A stretch of DNA of 64,000 bases, taken from assembly GCA_963765935.1 (NCBI GenBank), contig CAVXXX010000001.1:1446304-1510303 (forward strand), in the 5' to 3' direction. The DNA comes from Candidatus Eremiobacteria bacterium (lineage in GTDB: Bacteria > Vulcanimicrobiota > Vulcanimicrobiia > Vulcanimicrobiales > Vulcanimicrobiaceae). The position numbers and the translations under genes were made by a program. This document shows positions 54,756 through 63,222 of this stretch, piece by piece (within the stretch, counting starts at the first letter, position 1; every line of letters begins with the position of its first letter). The notes beneath the pieces are model-generated. The model worked only from the letters and a program-made list of their open reading frames with translations. It ran no database searches and was not told the DNA's origin.

Positions 54756-55718
54756 CTATTGTGGTGCCCACTGCTTCTGGGCCTTAGCAATGGCCGGCTC
54801 CAGCCGCTGCTTCTTCCAGCCTCGCCCCGACCAGAGGTCGCCGTCGCGATCCAGGCGCTTCGGCGTCGTTCGGACGTTGAATTGCGCGAACGTCGCCTCC
54901 GGCATGCCGCTCCGCTTGCGCGCGAACGCTTCCACTTCCGACCAGTCCAGCGGCGTCGATACCGGCGCCCCATCCCGCGCGCGCACCGAATAGACGCTCA
55001 CGATCGTCTTTCCGCGGCCCACCTGCAGATAGTCCAAATACACGAGCGATTGATCGCGTTTTTTCAACGAGCGTTCGAGCGTCACCATCTCAGGATGCCG
55101 CTGTGCGAGTTGCGATGCGACCGCTTCCGCGAACATCTTGGCAGCGTCGTAGTCATAACCCGGTGCAAGCGGAACAATGACGTGCAATCCCATGCCGCCG
55201 GACGTTTTAACGAGCGCCGTCAATCCAATTTCACCGAGGAGCTCCCGCATCGCCAGTGCGACCCCGGACAGAGTTTTCAACGTGCATTTTTCGCCCGGGT
55301 CGAGATCGAAGAACACGTAGTCCGGATCTTCGATCTCCGGCACGTGCGAGGTCCAGACGTGTAAGATGATCGTCGCGAGATTTGCAACATACACGAGCGA
55401 TGCCTCGTCGTTGCAGAGCATGTACGTCGTCTTCTCTCGAACGCCACCGGGACTCGTGAGCGGCACGCGGTCGACCCAATCCGGCAAACCGCGCGGCAGA
55501 TGTTTTTCGAAGAACGACTGCGCATCGATGCCGTCGGGATACCGCTGCAACGTCAGCGGATAATTGTGCAAATGCGGAAGCAACCATCGCGCGACGCCGC
55601 GATAGTAGGCAATTAAGTCGCCTTTGGTAATGCCGTCGCGCGGAAAGAGCACTTTGTCGAGGTTCGAGACGGAGAGCGTTCGGCCGTCAACAGCGACGTC
55701 GGTGCGCTTTGCCGCCAT
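54756..55718 (-). CDS. LigD polymerase/primase domain protein (stand-alone)
   Basis: LSVSNLDKVLFPRDGITKGDLIAYYRGVARWLLPHL...YVFFDLDP...VKTSGGMGLHV. Confidence 0.9.
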   Translation of the reverse strand: MAAKRTDVAVDGRTLSVSNLDKVLFPRDGITKGDLIAYYRGVARWLLPHLHNYPLTLQRYPDGIDAQSFFEKHLPRGLPDWVDRVPLTSPGGVREKTTYMLCNDEASLVYVANLATIILHVWTSHVPEIEDPDYVFFDLDPGEKCTLKTLSGVALAMRELLGEIGLTALVKTSGGMGLHVIVPLAPGYDYDAAKMFAEAVASQLAQRHPEMVTLERSLKKRDQSLVYLDYLQVGRGKTIVSVYSVRARDGAPVSTPLDWSEVEAFARKRSGMPEATFAQFNVRTTPKRLDRDGDLWSGRGWKKQRLEPAIAKAQKQWAPQ

Positions 55719-55722
55719 GCGT

Positions 55723-56007
55723 TTAATCTCTAAATTTGAAGACGGTGTCAAGTCGCGTCACTGAGAACAGTTTGCGGATGTGCGGTGTCGTCCCGGTAAG
55801 ATAAACCGCGCCGCCGCTGTGCTCGATCTTTTGATACAACTTGAAGAGCTCGGTGAGACCCGTCGAATCGATATATTCGAGCCGCGAACAATCGACGATC
55901 ACGTCCTCGCCCTGCTCGCCGGCCTTGAGCAACCGGCTGAGTTCGTCGATGTTGCTGATGTCGAACTCGCCTTCCAGCGCGATCTTGACGCAATTCCGCT
56001 CGGTCAT
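55723..56007 (-). CDS. STAS-domain protein (RsbV/SpoIIAA-like anti-sigma-factor antagonist)
   Basis: VIVDCSRLEYIDSTGLTELFKLYQKIEHSGGAVYLTGTTPHIRKLFSVTRLDTVFKF, with the conserved DSTG serine. Lies 10 nt after the ligD stop and 4 nt before the pol start. Confidence 0.85.
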   Translation of the reverse strand: MTERNCVKIALEGEFDISNIDELSRLLKAGEQGEDVIVDCSRLEYIDSTGLTELFKLYQKIEHSGGAVYLTGTTPHIRKLFSVTRLDTVFKFRD

Positions 56008-56017
56008 GGTCCGCCTT

Positions 56018-57646
56018 TTACCCTTCGGGCCGCTCGATTACTACCTCTCGAGCCTCCTTGTCTGCGCGCAGTCCAAGGAACGCAGGCTGGCGTAAATAAT
56101 TGTCACGCGTCCATTCGGTGAAGCGCACCTGCGCAACCAACTCCGGTTTCACCCAATGCGTCGGCGCGTTAGCCACCACGTCGTTGCAGAACGGCGACGA
56201 CGCGCATGCTAGGCGTTCCAACTTCTTCATAATGTCGCCGATCAGCTTAACGGAAAATCCGGTGCCGACAGAACCCACGAAGCGAAGATTTTTTCCCTCG
56301 TATGCACCCAACAGCAAGGAGCCGAAGCCTTTGCGGCTTCCACGCGGATCGGTCCAACCGCCGATAACGAATTCTTGCTCGAGCTGCGCCTTGATCTTGA
56401 CCCAATCGCGAGTACGCCGCTCGATATACGGCGACGCGCGCTTCTTCCCGATGATGCCTTCTAATTGATTGCGCTTTGCTTGTTCGAAGAGCGCTTTGCC
56501 TTTGCCGGCGACGTGCTTCGAGTAGAGCACGAGATCGTCATCGCGTATCAAACGCTCGAGTAGCGCTTTACGCTCTTCGAGTGGCACCTTTCGTTGATCG
56601 CGTCCGTCGGCATAGAGCAGATCGAAGGCAGCAAAAGTTAGATCGTGACCGTGCTGGGCGTACTCTTGCAAACGTTGAAAATCCGAGCGCCCTTTCGAAT
56701 CGAGGCTGACGATTTCGCCATCGACAACGATCGGGACGCTCTCGAACGCGTCGGTCAACCCGTCTAAGTCAGGAAACTGTTTGAGCAAATCGAGGCCGTT
56801 GCGCGAGACGACACTCAGCTTACCTTTCGCATCGATGGTGCAGATGGCGCGATAACCGTCCCACTTGATTTCAAAGAGCCACTCATCATCGTCGAACGGC
56901 CCGTCGATCAACGTTGCGAGTTCGACGCCTTTAAGATGCGGAAGCGGATCGGCTTTGCGCTTTGCGGCTTCGCGCACCGCCGCGCGCTTGGGCTGTTCTT
57001 TTACCTTCGAGGATTGCCACGTCTTCGGATTTTTTTGTTTGCGAATATCGTCGAGCGTGCGTCCGGTAATCACCGACTCCGGGTAATCGTTGACATCGTA
57101 GCGCTTCGGATTGCCGTCCGGGTCGTGGTCTTTGATCAGCAGCCACGGGTCGCCGCTCTCGCCTTCTTTCGGCTTCATGCGCACGAGCGTAAAGATGCCG
57201 GTCAGCTTGTGGCCGTGCATGATGAACTTGATCTTACCGTGCCCGATCTCCGCGGAGGCGTCGTCGCCTTCGGCGAGTTCATACCAGCCGTTGTCCCACA
57301 CGATGACTTCGCCCGCGCCATACTGTCCTTCGGGAATGACGCCCTCGAAGTCGCGGTAGTCCATGGGATGATCCTCGACGTGCATCGCGAGACGCCGCTC
57401 GCCGGGGACCATCGTCGGTCCCTTCGGCACCGCCCAGGACGCCAAAACGCCCGCAGCTTCTAAGCGGAAATCGTAGTGAAGCCGCGTTGCATCGTGTTTT
57501 TGAATGACAAACCGAAGCCGTTTGCCGGCCTTCGCTTTCACGCCGCTCGGTTCAGGCGTGATCTTAAAGTCGCGCTTTTTCTTATACGTCGCGAGCGAGC
57601 CGGTACTCCGGCTCGCATCGCTCGTCTTCTTACGGGACGCCGGCAT
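56018..57646 (-). CDS. ligD: ATP-dependent DNA ligase LigD (3'-phosphoesterase + ligase domains)
   Basis: RFVIQKHDATRLHYDFRLE (PE domain), WLFEIKWDGYR (motif I Lys), EGIIGKK, WVKIK (OB-fold end). Confidence 0.93.
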   Translation of the reverse strand: MPASRKKTSDASRSTGSLATYKKKRDFKITPEPSGVKAKAGKRLRFVIQKHDATRLHYDFRLEAAGVLASWAVPKGPTMVPGERRLAMHVEDHPMDYRDFEGVIPEGQYGAGEVIVWDNGWYELAEGDDASAEIGHGKIKFIMHGHKLTGIFTLVRMKPKEGESGDPWLLIKDHDPDGNPKRYDVNDYPESVITGRTLDDIRKQKNPKTWQSSKVKEQPKRAAVREAAKRKADPLPHLKGVELATLIDGPFDDDEWLFEIKWDGYRAICTIDAKGKLSVVSRNGLDLLKQFPDLDGLTDAFESVPIVVDGEIVSLDSKGRSDFQRLQEYAQHGHDLTFAAFDLLYADGRDQRKVPLEERKALLERLIRDDDLVLYSKHVAGKGKALFEQAKRNQLEGIIGKKRASPYIERRTRDWVKIKAQLEQEFVIGGWTDPRGSRKGFGSLLLGAYEGKNLRFVGSVGTGFSVKLIGDIMKKLERLACASSPFCNDVVANAPTHWVKPELVAQVRFTEWTRDNYLRQPAFLGLRADKEAREVVIERPEG

Positions 57647-57658
57647 CTATGCCGACTC

Positions 57659-57817
57659 TTACACCCTCGCGCCCCGGCCGGTCAACAGGTTGACGATCAA
57701 GAGGATGATCGCCACCACCAGCACGATGTGGATCAACCCGCCGAGCAGATGGAACGATAGTCCGATCAGCCAGAAGATGAACAGGATGACGATGATGGCC
57801 CAAAGTAGTCCCGCCAT
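57659..57817 (-). CDS. lmo0937-family small membrane protein (52 aa)
   Basis: MAGLLWAIIVILFIFWLIGLSFHLLGGLIHIVLVVAIILLIVNLLTGRGARV. GGAGG lies 13 nt upstream. Below the 60-aa cut-off of the ORF track. Confidence 0.6.
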   Translation of the reverse strand: MAGLLWAIIVILFIFWLIGLSFHLLGGLIHIVLVVAIILLIVNLLTGRGARV

Positions 57818-57820
57818 CGC

Positions 57821-58063
57821 TTACGGATGGCCTCCGCCGTTTCCACCGTTCGTAGTCGTCGAGCTGTTCGTGGTAGACGATGAGCCGTTCGAGTTGCTAC
57901 CCGGCTGCGTGATCGTCGTGTTGTGGGTCGTCGACGAGCTGGTCGTCGACCAAGGATGCCATGCGAAGAGCGCGATAAGAACCGCAACGATCACGATCAA
58001 CGTGATGCCGATCGCCGCGCCGCTGCTTCCACCTTCATCCCGGACGATTACCGGATCGCTCAT
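57821..58063 (-). CDS. Small single-pass membrane protein with Ser/Thr/Asn-rich tail (80 aa)
   Basis: ATG 58063 is preceded by GGAAGGGAG. TM segment AAIGITLIVIVAVLIALFAW, then STTSSSTTHNTT...NSSTTTNGGNGGG. Confidence 0.5.
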   Translation of the reverse strand: MSDPVIVRDEGGSSGAAIGITLIVIVAVLIALFAWHPWSTTSSSTTHNTTITQPGSNSNGSSSTTNSSTTTNGGNGGGHP

Positions 58064-58156
58064 ATGTGTCTTGTTCTCCCTTCCTCGCTGTAACGCGACT
58101 ACGGTTTTCCCTCGCTCCCGCAAGCACAAACCACGCTACTCACGAAACGGCCAAGC

Positions 58157-58441
58157 ATGATCTGGGGCGTTTTGGGAGTCGTGGTTTCGGGTATCATCGC
58201 ACTCTTTGCGCTACAGCGCAGCCGAACGCCCGGCGGGTATTATGATACCGATGTCTACGGCATGACGCCGGCAACACATCGTACCTATGCGACCACCGCC
58301 GGAGCGTTCTTCGCCGCGTTTATCTTCACGTGCCTCTTACGAGCGGGTACGATAGGCTTCTACCTCTTTGCGGCGTTCGTGCTCTTTGCACTGTTTTATC
58401 TAACGTCGTTCCTCCGCGGAGCTCATGAAGACGATGGCTGA
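58157..58441 (+). CDS. Hypothetical three-TM membrane protein
   Basis: Hydrophobic segments IWGVLGVVVSGIIALFAL, AGAFFAAFIFTCLL, FYLFAAFVLFALFYL. Confidence 0.5.
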   Translation: MIWGVLGVVVSGIIALFALQRSRTPGGYYDTDVYGMTPATHRTYATTAGAFFAAFIFTCLLRAGTIGFYLFAAFVLFALFYLTSFLRGAHEDDG

Positions 58442-60158
58442 ATTCCATTTTTCACCGCGACCGAACCGTGCTGGCGAAATCGGCTGGATGACCTGGGGTC
58501 CGCATGCGTTCGAGCGCGCCGCGCGCGAAGATAAGCCCATCTTGCTCGGGATCTCGGCGGTGTGGTGCCATTGGTGCCATGTCATGGATGAAACGACGTA
58601 TTCCGACACTGACGTCATTTCACTGATCAATAGCGACTATGTTCCGGTGCGGGTCGACAACGACGAACGTCCCGACGTGAACTCACGCTACAATATGGGC
58701 GGTTGGCCCACGACGGCGTTCCTTGCGCCCGACGGCACGACGCTCACCGGCGCTACCTATCTTCCGCCGGCCCAAATGCGCCAAGCCCTCGCGGACATCG
58801 CAAGTTTCTACCGTGAGAAGAAAGACGAAATCATAAGCCGTTCCGAGGAACTGCGCGGACGGCGAATCGCTTTTGAAGCATCAGCGTCCGAAGCACTGTC
58901 GGAGTCGATGATCGATCGTGTACGCAGCGTTATCGCCGATTCGTACGATCCGGAATTCGGCGGGTTCGGCGACGCGCCGAAGTTTCCACAGGCGGAGTTG
59001 CTCGAGTTTCTGCTCTATGAATGGCGGGCGCGGAACGACCGAAACTGCTACGACATGGTAGCGCGGACGATGCTCGAGATGTCGCGCGGCGGCATGTACG
59101 ATCACGTCGAAGGCGGCTTCTTTCGCTACTCGACGACACGAGACTGGTCCGTGCCGCACTTCGAGAAGATGGCGGAGGATCACGCGGGTTTGTTACGCGT
59201 TCTTTCACAACTGCAGTTGTGGGCGCCCACGGAGGACACGCACGAAACGCTGCGCTCGGCGATTACATACGTGCGCACCGTGTTGCGCGATCCAGTCACG
59301 GGATTTTTCTCCGGCAGTCAAGATGCCGATGAAGCGTATTTCGAACTGCCGCTTGACGAACGGCGCAAACGCCAGGCCCCGTTCGTCGATCCGCGTTCGT
59401 ATTCGAATTGGACTTCATCGCTTGCCGGCGCGTTTGCTTGGGCCGGCCTCGCGACGGATGACGACGAACTGACGCGCGAAGCGCTCTTCACGCTCGACTC
59501 ACTCCACGAACGAATGCGGGATCCCGACGGACTGCTTTATCACGTCGCCGCACCGGGCGATGAACCGCGCATTCGCGGACTTTTGACCGACCAGGTCGCT
59601 TACGTTCGCGCGCTGCTCGACGCGCATGAAGCCACAGGTGAAACGCGCTTGCTCGAACGCGCGCGCGTTCACGCCGACGCGATCGCGCACCATTTCGGTG
59701 CGCCCGAGGGCGGCTTCTTCGATCATGCGCGTCGCGAAGAAGTGATCGGCCGGCTCGATCTCGCCGACCGTCCGATGATCGACAACGGCATTATGGCGGA
59801 GAATCTGCTGCGGTTGAGCGTGATGACGGGCGAGGATCGCGCGCGGGAGGGCGCAGAGCGCATTCTGACGCTCTATGCGGCGACGTACGAAAACGCGGGC
59901 AGTTTCGCAGCGACCTACGCGCGCGCCCTACGCCGGTATCTTACGATGCCCGTGAGCGTCCGCGTTCGCGGCACGCCGCAGGCGGCAAGCGACCTGCGTG
60001 AAGCGGCACGCCGGCTGCCGGCGGCATTCACGACGGTCTACGCCGAAGCGGGCGACGGCACACCGCAAGCCTATGTTTGCGCCGGTACGACGTGCGCGGC
60101 CCCGGTCTCAAGCGCCGCCGATCTTCGCGGCGCTTATGAATCGCTCGTTCCGGCCTGA
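58425..60158 (+). CDS. Thioredoxin-domain protein (DUF255/YyaL, six-hairpin glycosidase-like C-terminus)
   Basis: KPILLGISAVWCHWCHVMDETTYSD, GGFGDAPKFP, GGFFRYSTTRDWSVPHFEKM. Confidence 0.9.
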   Translation: MKTMAEFHFSPRPNRAGEIGWMTWGPHAFERAAREDKPILLGISAVWCHWCHVMDETTYSDTDVISLINSDYVPVRVDNDERPDVNSRYNMGGWPTTAFLAPDGTTLTGATYLPPAQMRQALADIASFYREKKDEIISRSEELRGRRIAFEASASEALSESMIDRVRSVIADSYDPEFGGFGDAPKFPQAELLEFLLYEWRARNDRNCYDMVARTMLEMSRGGMYDHVEGGFFRYSTTRDWSVPHFEKMAEDHAGLLRVLSQLQLWAPTEDTHETLRSAITYVRTVLRDPVTGFFSGSQDADEAYFELPLDERRKRQAPFVDPRSYSNWTSSLAGAFAWAGLATDDDELTREALFTLDSLHERMRDPDGLLYHVAAPGDEPRIRGLLTDQVAYVRALLDAHEATGETRLLERARVHADAIAHHFGAPEGGFFDHARREEVIGRLDLADRPMIDNGIMAENLLRLSVMTGEDRAREGAERILTLYAATYENAGSFAATYARALRRYLTMPVSVRVRGTPQAASDLREAARRLPAAFTTVYAEAGDGTPQAYVCAGTTCAAPVSSAADLRGAYESLVPA

Positions 60159-60204
60159 AACACACGACCGCTCTCGCCGTAGTGAAAGGTGGAGGAAGAA
60201 CACC

Positions 60205-60615
60205 ATGACACCGTACGTCGAGACGCTTCTGCAGTACGTCCGCCCGGAGAGCCAAGGCGCGTTCGTATACGACTACCGCCGCTTCGCGAAAGACCCGAAT
60301 CTCGCGCTCATTCTCACGATCCTGCTCGGCATCGTCGGCGGCGAATCATACTACATGGGCGAGTGGAAGCGCGGCATTCTCATGACCGTCGCGCTGCTCT
60401 CGGGCATTGGTGTCCTCGTCAGCGGGCCGATGTGGATCGTGCGCTGCTTCACCATCACGAACGAATGCGAGTCGTACAACGACTATCTCGCCTACGTCCT
60501 CGCGTACCGCTACTTACCGCTCGGAACCGCTCCCGAACCGCCCCAACCCGTGCAAGGTCCGATGAACCGCACCCGCCCAAACATCTCGGGTCTCCCGGTA
60601 ACCGTACGTCCATAG
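60205..60615 (+). CDS. TM2-domain membrane protein
   Basis: ATG after GGTGGAGGAAG. LALILTILLGIVGGESYYMGEWKRGILMTVALLSGIG. Confidence 0.7.
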   Translation: MTPYVETLLQYVRPESQGAFVYDYRRFAKDPNLALILTILLGIVGGESYYMGEWKRGILMTVALLSGIGVLVSGPMWIVRCFTITNECESYNDYLAYVLAYRYLPLGTAPEPPQPVQGPMNRTRPNISGLPVTVRP

Positions 60616-60640
60616 TGTCATCCTGAGCCTGTCGAAGGAC
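60616..60640. repeat. REP-like element, left-arm half copy
   Basis: TGTCATCCTGAGCCTGTCGAAGGAC is identical to the left arm at 26636-26660. No partner arm follows. Confidence 0.5.
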
Positions 60641-60651
60641 GGCAACGAGCG

Positions 60652-61512
60652 TTACGTTTTCGCGATGAGGAAATGCTCGGACGTTCCGGCGAGTCGTAAG
60701 CCATCGGTCCGGTTGGAAAAGTAGCGTTGCGTCAGGGTCTCAGGTGGAATCGTGCGGGCTTCTTTGAAGCCCGCTTCTTTTGCGAGTTCCGTAATTTGTT
60801 GCGGAGTGAAAAAGCTAATGAACGGCGTTCCGCTTGCGCGAGCGCCGGCGACTGCAGCTTCGTAGCCCGGGCGTTCTTCGGGTTCGGCCAACTCGACGGG
60901 GAGCACGAACGTCATTGCGAGCGTTGAACCGGTTGCAAATGTTGCGATTTGGCGCAGCATTGCATCGATTGCGTCTCGGCTAAGATACATGCTGACGCCG
61001 GTTGAGGCGATGACCGCCGGTTCGTTTGCGTTGAACCCCGCGGCCAGTAACGCATTCCACCACGAATCGCCGGCTTCGAAATCAACGGGTGCGAAGCGTA
61101 GCCAATCCGGAATGTCGTAGCCCTCTTCGCACAGACGCCGTTGTTTCCAACGTTGCGGACCCGGCTGATCGACTTCGAGGACCGTCAATTGCGATGCGAT
61201 CTCTGTGCGACGTTGCGCGAATGTGTCGAGGCCGGCACCGAGTATCACGTATTGACGGATTCCGCGGGCCGCTTCTTCCGTGACGAGGTCTTCGATAAAG
61301 CGCGCCCGCGCAACGATCGACGCGCGAAATGGGCGGGTGAACTGCAGGTCCATGTCGCGGCGCTCGTGCCAGTTTGCTTCGGGCGCGACGAGTTGCAAAC
61401 CGATCTCATCATCGAGCACGTGCGGCGGAGCGTCGACTTGCACGTGCAATGCACGCCACAACGCCACGCGGACTGCGGTTGATTCGGGCGCGAGCGATTC
61501 TACGTCACGCAT
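60652..61512 (-). CDS. Class I SAM-dependent methyltransferase (TIGR00027 / LCM-like)
   Basis: TAVRVALWRALH..., RQYVILGAGLDTFAQRR, VIASTGVSMYL. Confidence 0.85.
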   Translation of the reverse strand: MRDVESLAPESTAVRVALWRALHVQVDAPPHVLDDEIGLQLVAPEANWHERRDMDLQFTRPFRASIVARARFIEDLVTEEAARGIRQYVILGAGLDTFAQRRTEIASQLTVLEVDQPGPQRWKQRRLCEEGYDIPDWLRFAPVDFEAGDSWWNALLAAGFNANEPAVIASTGVSMYLSRDAIDAMLRQIATFATGSTLAMTFVLPVELAEPEERPGYEAAVAGARASGTPFISFFTPQQITELAKEAGFKEARTIPPETLTQRYFSNRTDGLRLAGTSEHFLIAKT

Positions 61513-61867
61513 GGTGCTTGGACGTTGCGCCCTTTCCCGGCGCCTGAAGCCGCCAAATTCGTCCGTCGGGATCGCGAACGGTCATATCCCGCGTGCCCCA
61601 ATGCGTGTCTTCAAAGGGCGTGACGACATCTAGCGCATCGGAAAGCGCGTCGTCGGAATCTGGAATTTTCAGCACGACCTGCGTCGCCGGTTCTTCACTC
61701 TCCGGAATCTCCGCGATAAATACGGCTGGTCCATTTCCGCTGCGCAGCTGCCCGGAATTGTGATCGGTCTCGAACTCCAATGCGAATCCAAGCGAGCGAA
61801 AAAACTTCGCCGCCTTGCCCCAATTGTGCGTCGTCAAATAGATCGCTTCAATGCCATCGGTTTTCAC
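61505..61867 (-). CDS. VOC (glyoxalase) family protein
   Basis: IEAIYLTTHNWGKAAKFFRSLGF...VRDPDGRIWRL. GTG start directly after the RHH stop. Confidence 0.8.
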   Translation of the reverse strand: MKTDGIEAIYLTTHNWGKAAKFFRSLGFALEFETDHNSGQLRSGNGPAVFIAEIPESEEPATQVVLKIPDSDDALSDALDVVTPFEDTHWGTRDMTVRDPDGRIWRLQAPGKGATSKHHA

Positions 61868-62026
61868 TCAATGTCCCTCCAAATCAGCGGCCTCGAGATA
61901 CGTTCGCAGCGCATCGGCGACCAAGGCGGACAACGACATCTCTGATTCGATCGCGCGATGCTTCACTCGCCGAATCAACTCGACCGGCAGGTAGACATTG
62001 AACTGTCGAACGTCTTCGGAAGCCAC
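61868..62026 (-). CDS. Ribbon-helix-helix (CopG/Arc-type) DNA-binding protein (52 aa)
   Basis: [52 protein letters not shown]: beta-strand plus two helices. Below the ORF-track cut-off. Confidence 0.6.
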   Translation of the reverse strand: MASEDVRQFNVYLPVELIRRVKHRAIESEMSLSALVADALRTYLEAADLEGH

Positions 62027-62048
62027 GAATGCTAGTATGCTAGCATTC
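62027..62048. promoter_or_regulatory. Candidate RHH operator (direct ATGCTAG repeats in an imperfect palindrome)
   Basis: GAATGCTAGTATGCTAGCATTC, immediately upstream of the RHH start codon. Confidence 0.35.
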
Positions 62049-62097
62049 TAGCCGAAAGTCAACCCAACGAAACATTGCACTGGTGCCCTAGCGTCCG

Positions 62098-63222
62098 TTA
62101 GGTGCGTACGAAACTATTCCAGTACCAGCATCCCCAGAACCCGGCGACAATTGAGTACGCGATGAGGACTCGCGCCCATAGCGCGAGTCCATTTTTAGCG
62201 GCCAGGAACATCAGTGCGACGAGAAACGGTTCAAAATCGAGCGCGTGCCGCATGCCGAATTGCGCAAAACCGTTGACGTAGTACACAAAGTTCGGCGCAG
62301 CGGTGAGCAGCGTCGCTGCCCACAGCGCGATCACGAGTTGTGTCGGCCGGCGGGCCAGGAACGCGTAGATCAGCGCCGGACTCGTCCACGTGAGCGCAAC
62401 GCCGCTGAGCGTCGGTTGGAAGTATGGAAACTGCGGCACTCTCTCGGGTGCTTGGACGAAGAACGACCACAATTCGTAGGGGAAGTACTTGAGTTGAAAC
62501 GGCGAGCCGGTCGGACTTCCGGCTTGGTCTTGATGGTACCAGGCGGTGTAGCCGATGTCGTACCACGTGCCCCAGCGCGCCAGATTGTACGACACCCAGC
62601 CGATCGCGAACGGAACCAGGACCGCTGTAAATGATACGATCGCGCGGCGTGAGTGGAGCAGATATGCGTACACCGGCAACGCGAGGATCAAATCGAAACG
62701 TGAGAGTAACGCGGCGCCGCCCCAAATAGCGACGAGCCAGCCGCGTTTCTTTCCGGCGAGTTCGACCAGTGCGAGCATCGTAAAGCATGCGGCGGAAACG
62801 TGCGCGATGAACCAGACGTCGCCGAACATCGCGCACCACAAGAGATCCGTGCCGGCAAGAAAGAATGCCGAGAGCCAAAGATTCGTCGTTTCGTCGATAC
62901 CATAACGTTCACCAAGTTCGTACGCTGCACCAACGGCAATACCGCCGAGCACAATCGAGAGCAACGTTTGATTGGCCGTGCCGAAGATTGCCACGAACGG
63001 GAGCAGGAGCAGCGCCGGCATCGGCGCCTCGATCACATAGTGGCGTCCATTGTAGGCGAGAGCATCGATGTAGTCGCCGGGCCAATTGATCCACGCGTGT
63101 CCATGCACCAACGCCTGCGCGAGAAGGACAAAGTTGTTGTATGGTGTCGCGCGGCCACGGGAAGCAACGGCGATTGCGATTGACGCAATCACGCCAACGA
63201 TAAGGGATCGTTTTACTGTCAC
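62098..63222 (-). CDS. Polytopic membrane protein, GT-C-like glycosyltransferase
   Basis: GTG 63222 overlaps the upstream stop (GTGA). About 11 TM segments. The first loop has HGHAWINWPGDYIDALAYNGRHYVIEAPMPALLLLP. Confidence 0.6.
   Translation of the reverse strand: MTVKRSLIVGVIASIAIAVASRGRATPYNNFVLLAQALVHGHAWINWPGDYIDALAYNGRHYVIEAPMPALLLLPFVAIFGTANQTLLSIVLGGIAVGAAYELGERYGIDETTNLWLSAFFLAGTDLLWCAMFGDVWFIAHVSAACFTMLALVELAGKKRGWLVAIWGGAALLSRFDLILALPVYAYLLHSRRAIVSFTAVLVPFAIGWVSYNLARWGTWYDIGYTAWYHQDQAGSPTGSPFQLKYFPYELWSFFVQAPERVPQFPYFQPTLSGVALTWTSPALIYAFLARRPTQLVIALWAATLLTAAPNFVYYVNGFAQFGMRHALDFEPFLVALMFLAAKNGLALWARVLIAYSIVAGFWGCWYWNSFVRT

Noticed and set aside
57840-57960. Possible tandem DNA repeat in the TCG/ACG-rich stretch
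   Set aside because: It is a low-complexity Ser/Thr/Asn coding tract of the 80-aa membrane protein. No unit-length periodicity or spacer structure is present, so it is not a CRISPR or VNTR array.
61868-62026. RHH protein as antitoxin of a type II toxin-antitoxin pair
   Set aside because: The downstream gene is a VOC-fold enzyme, not a ParE/RelE/PIN/Doc-like toxin.
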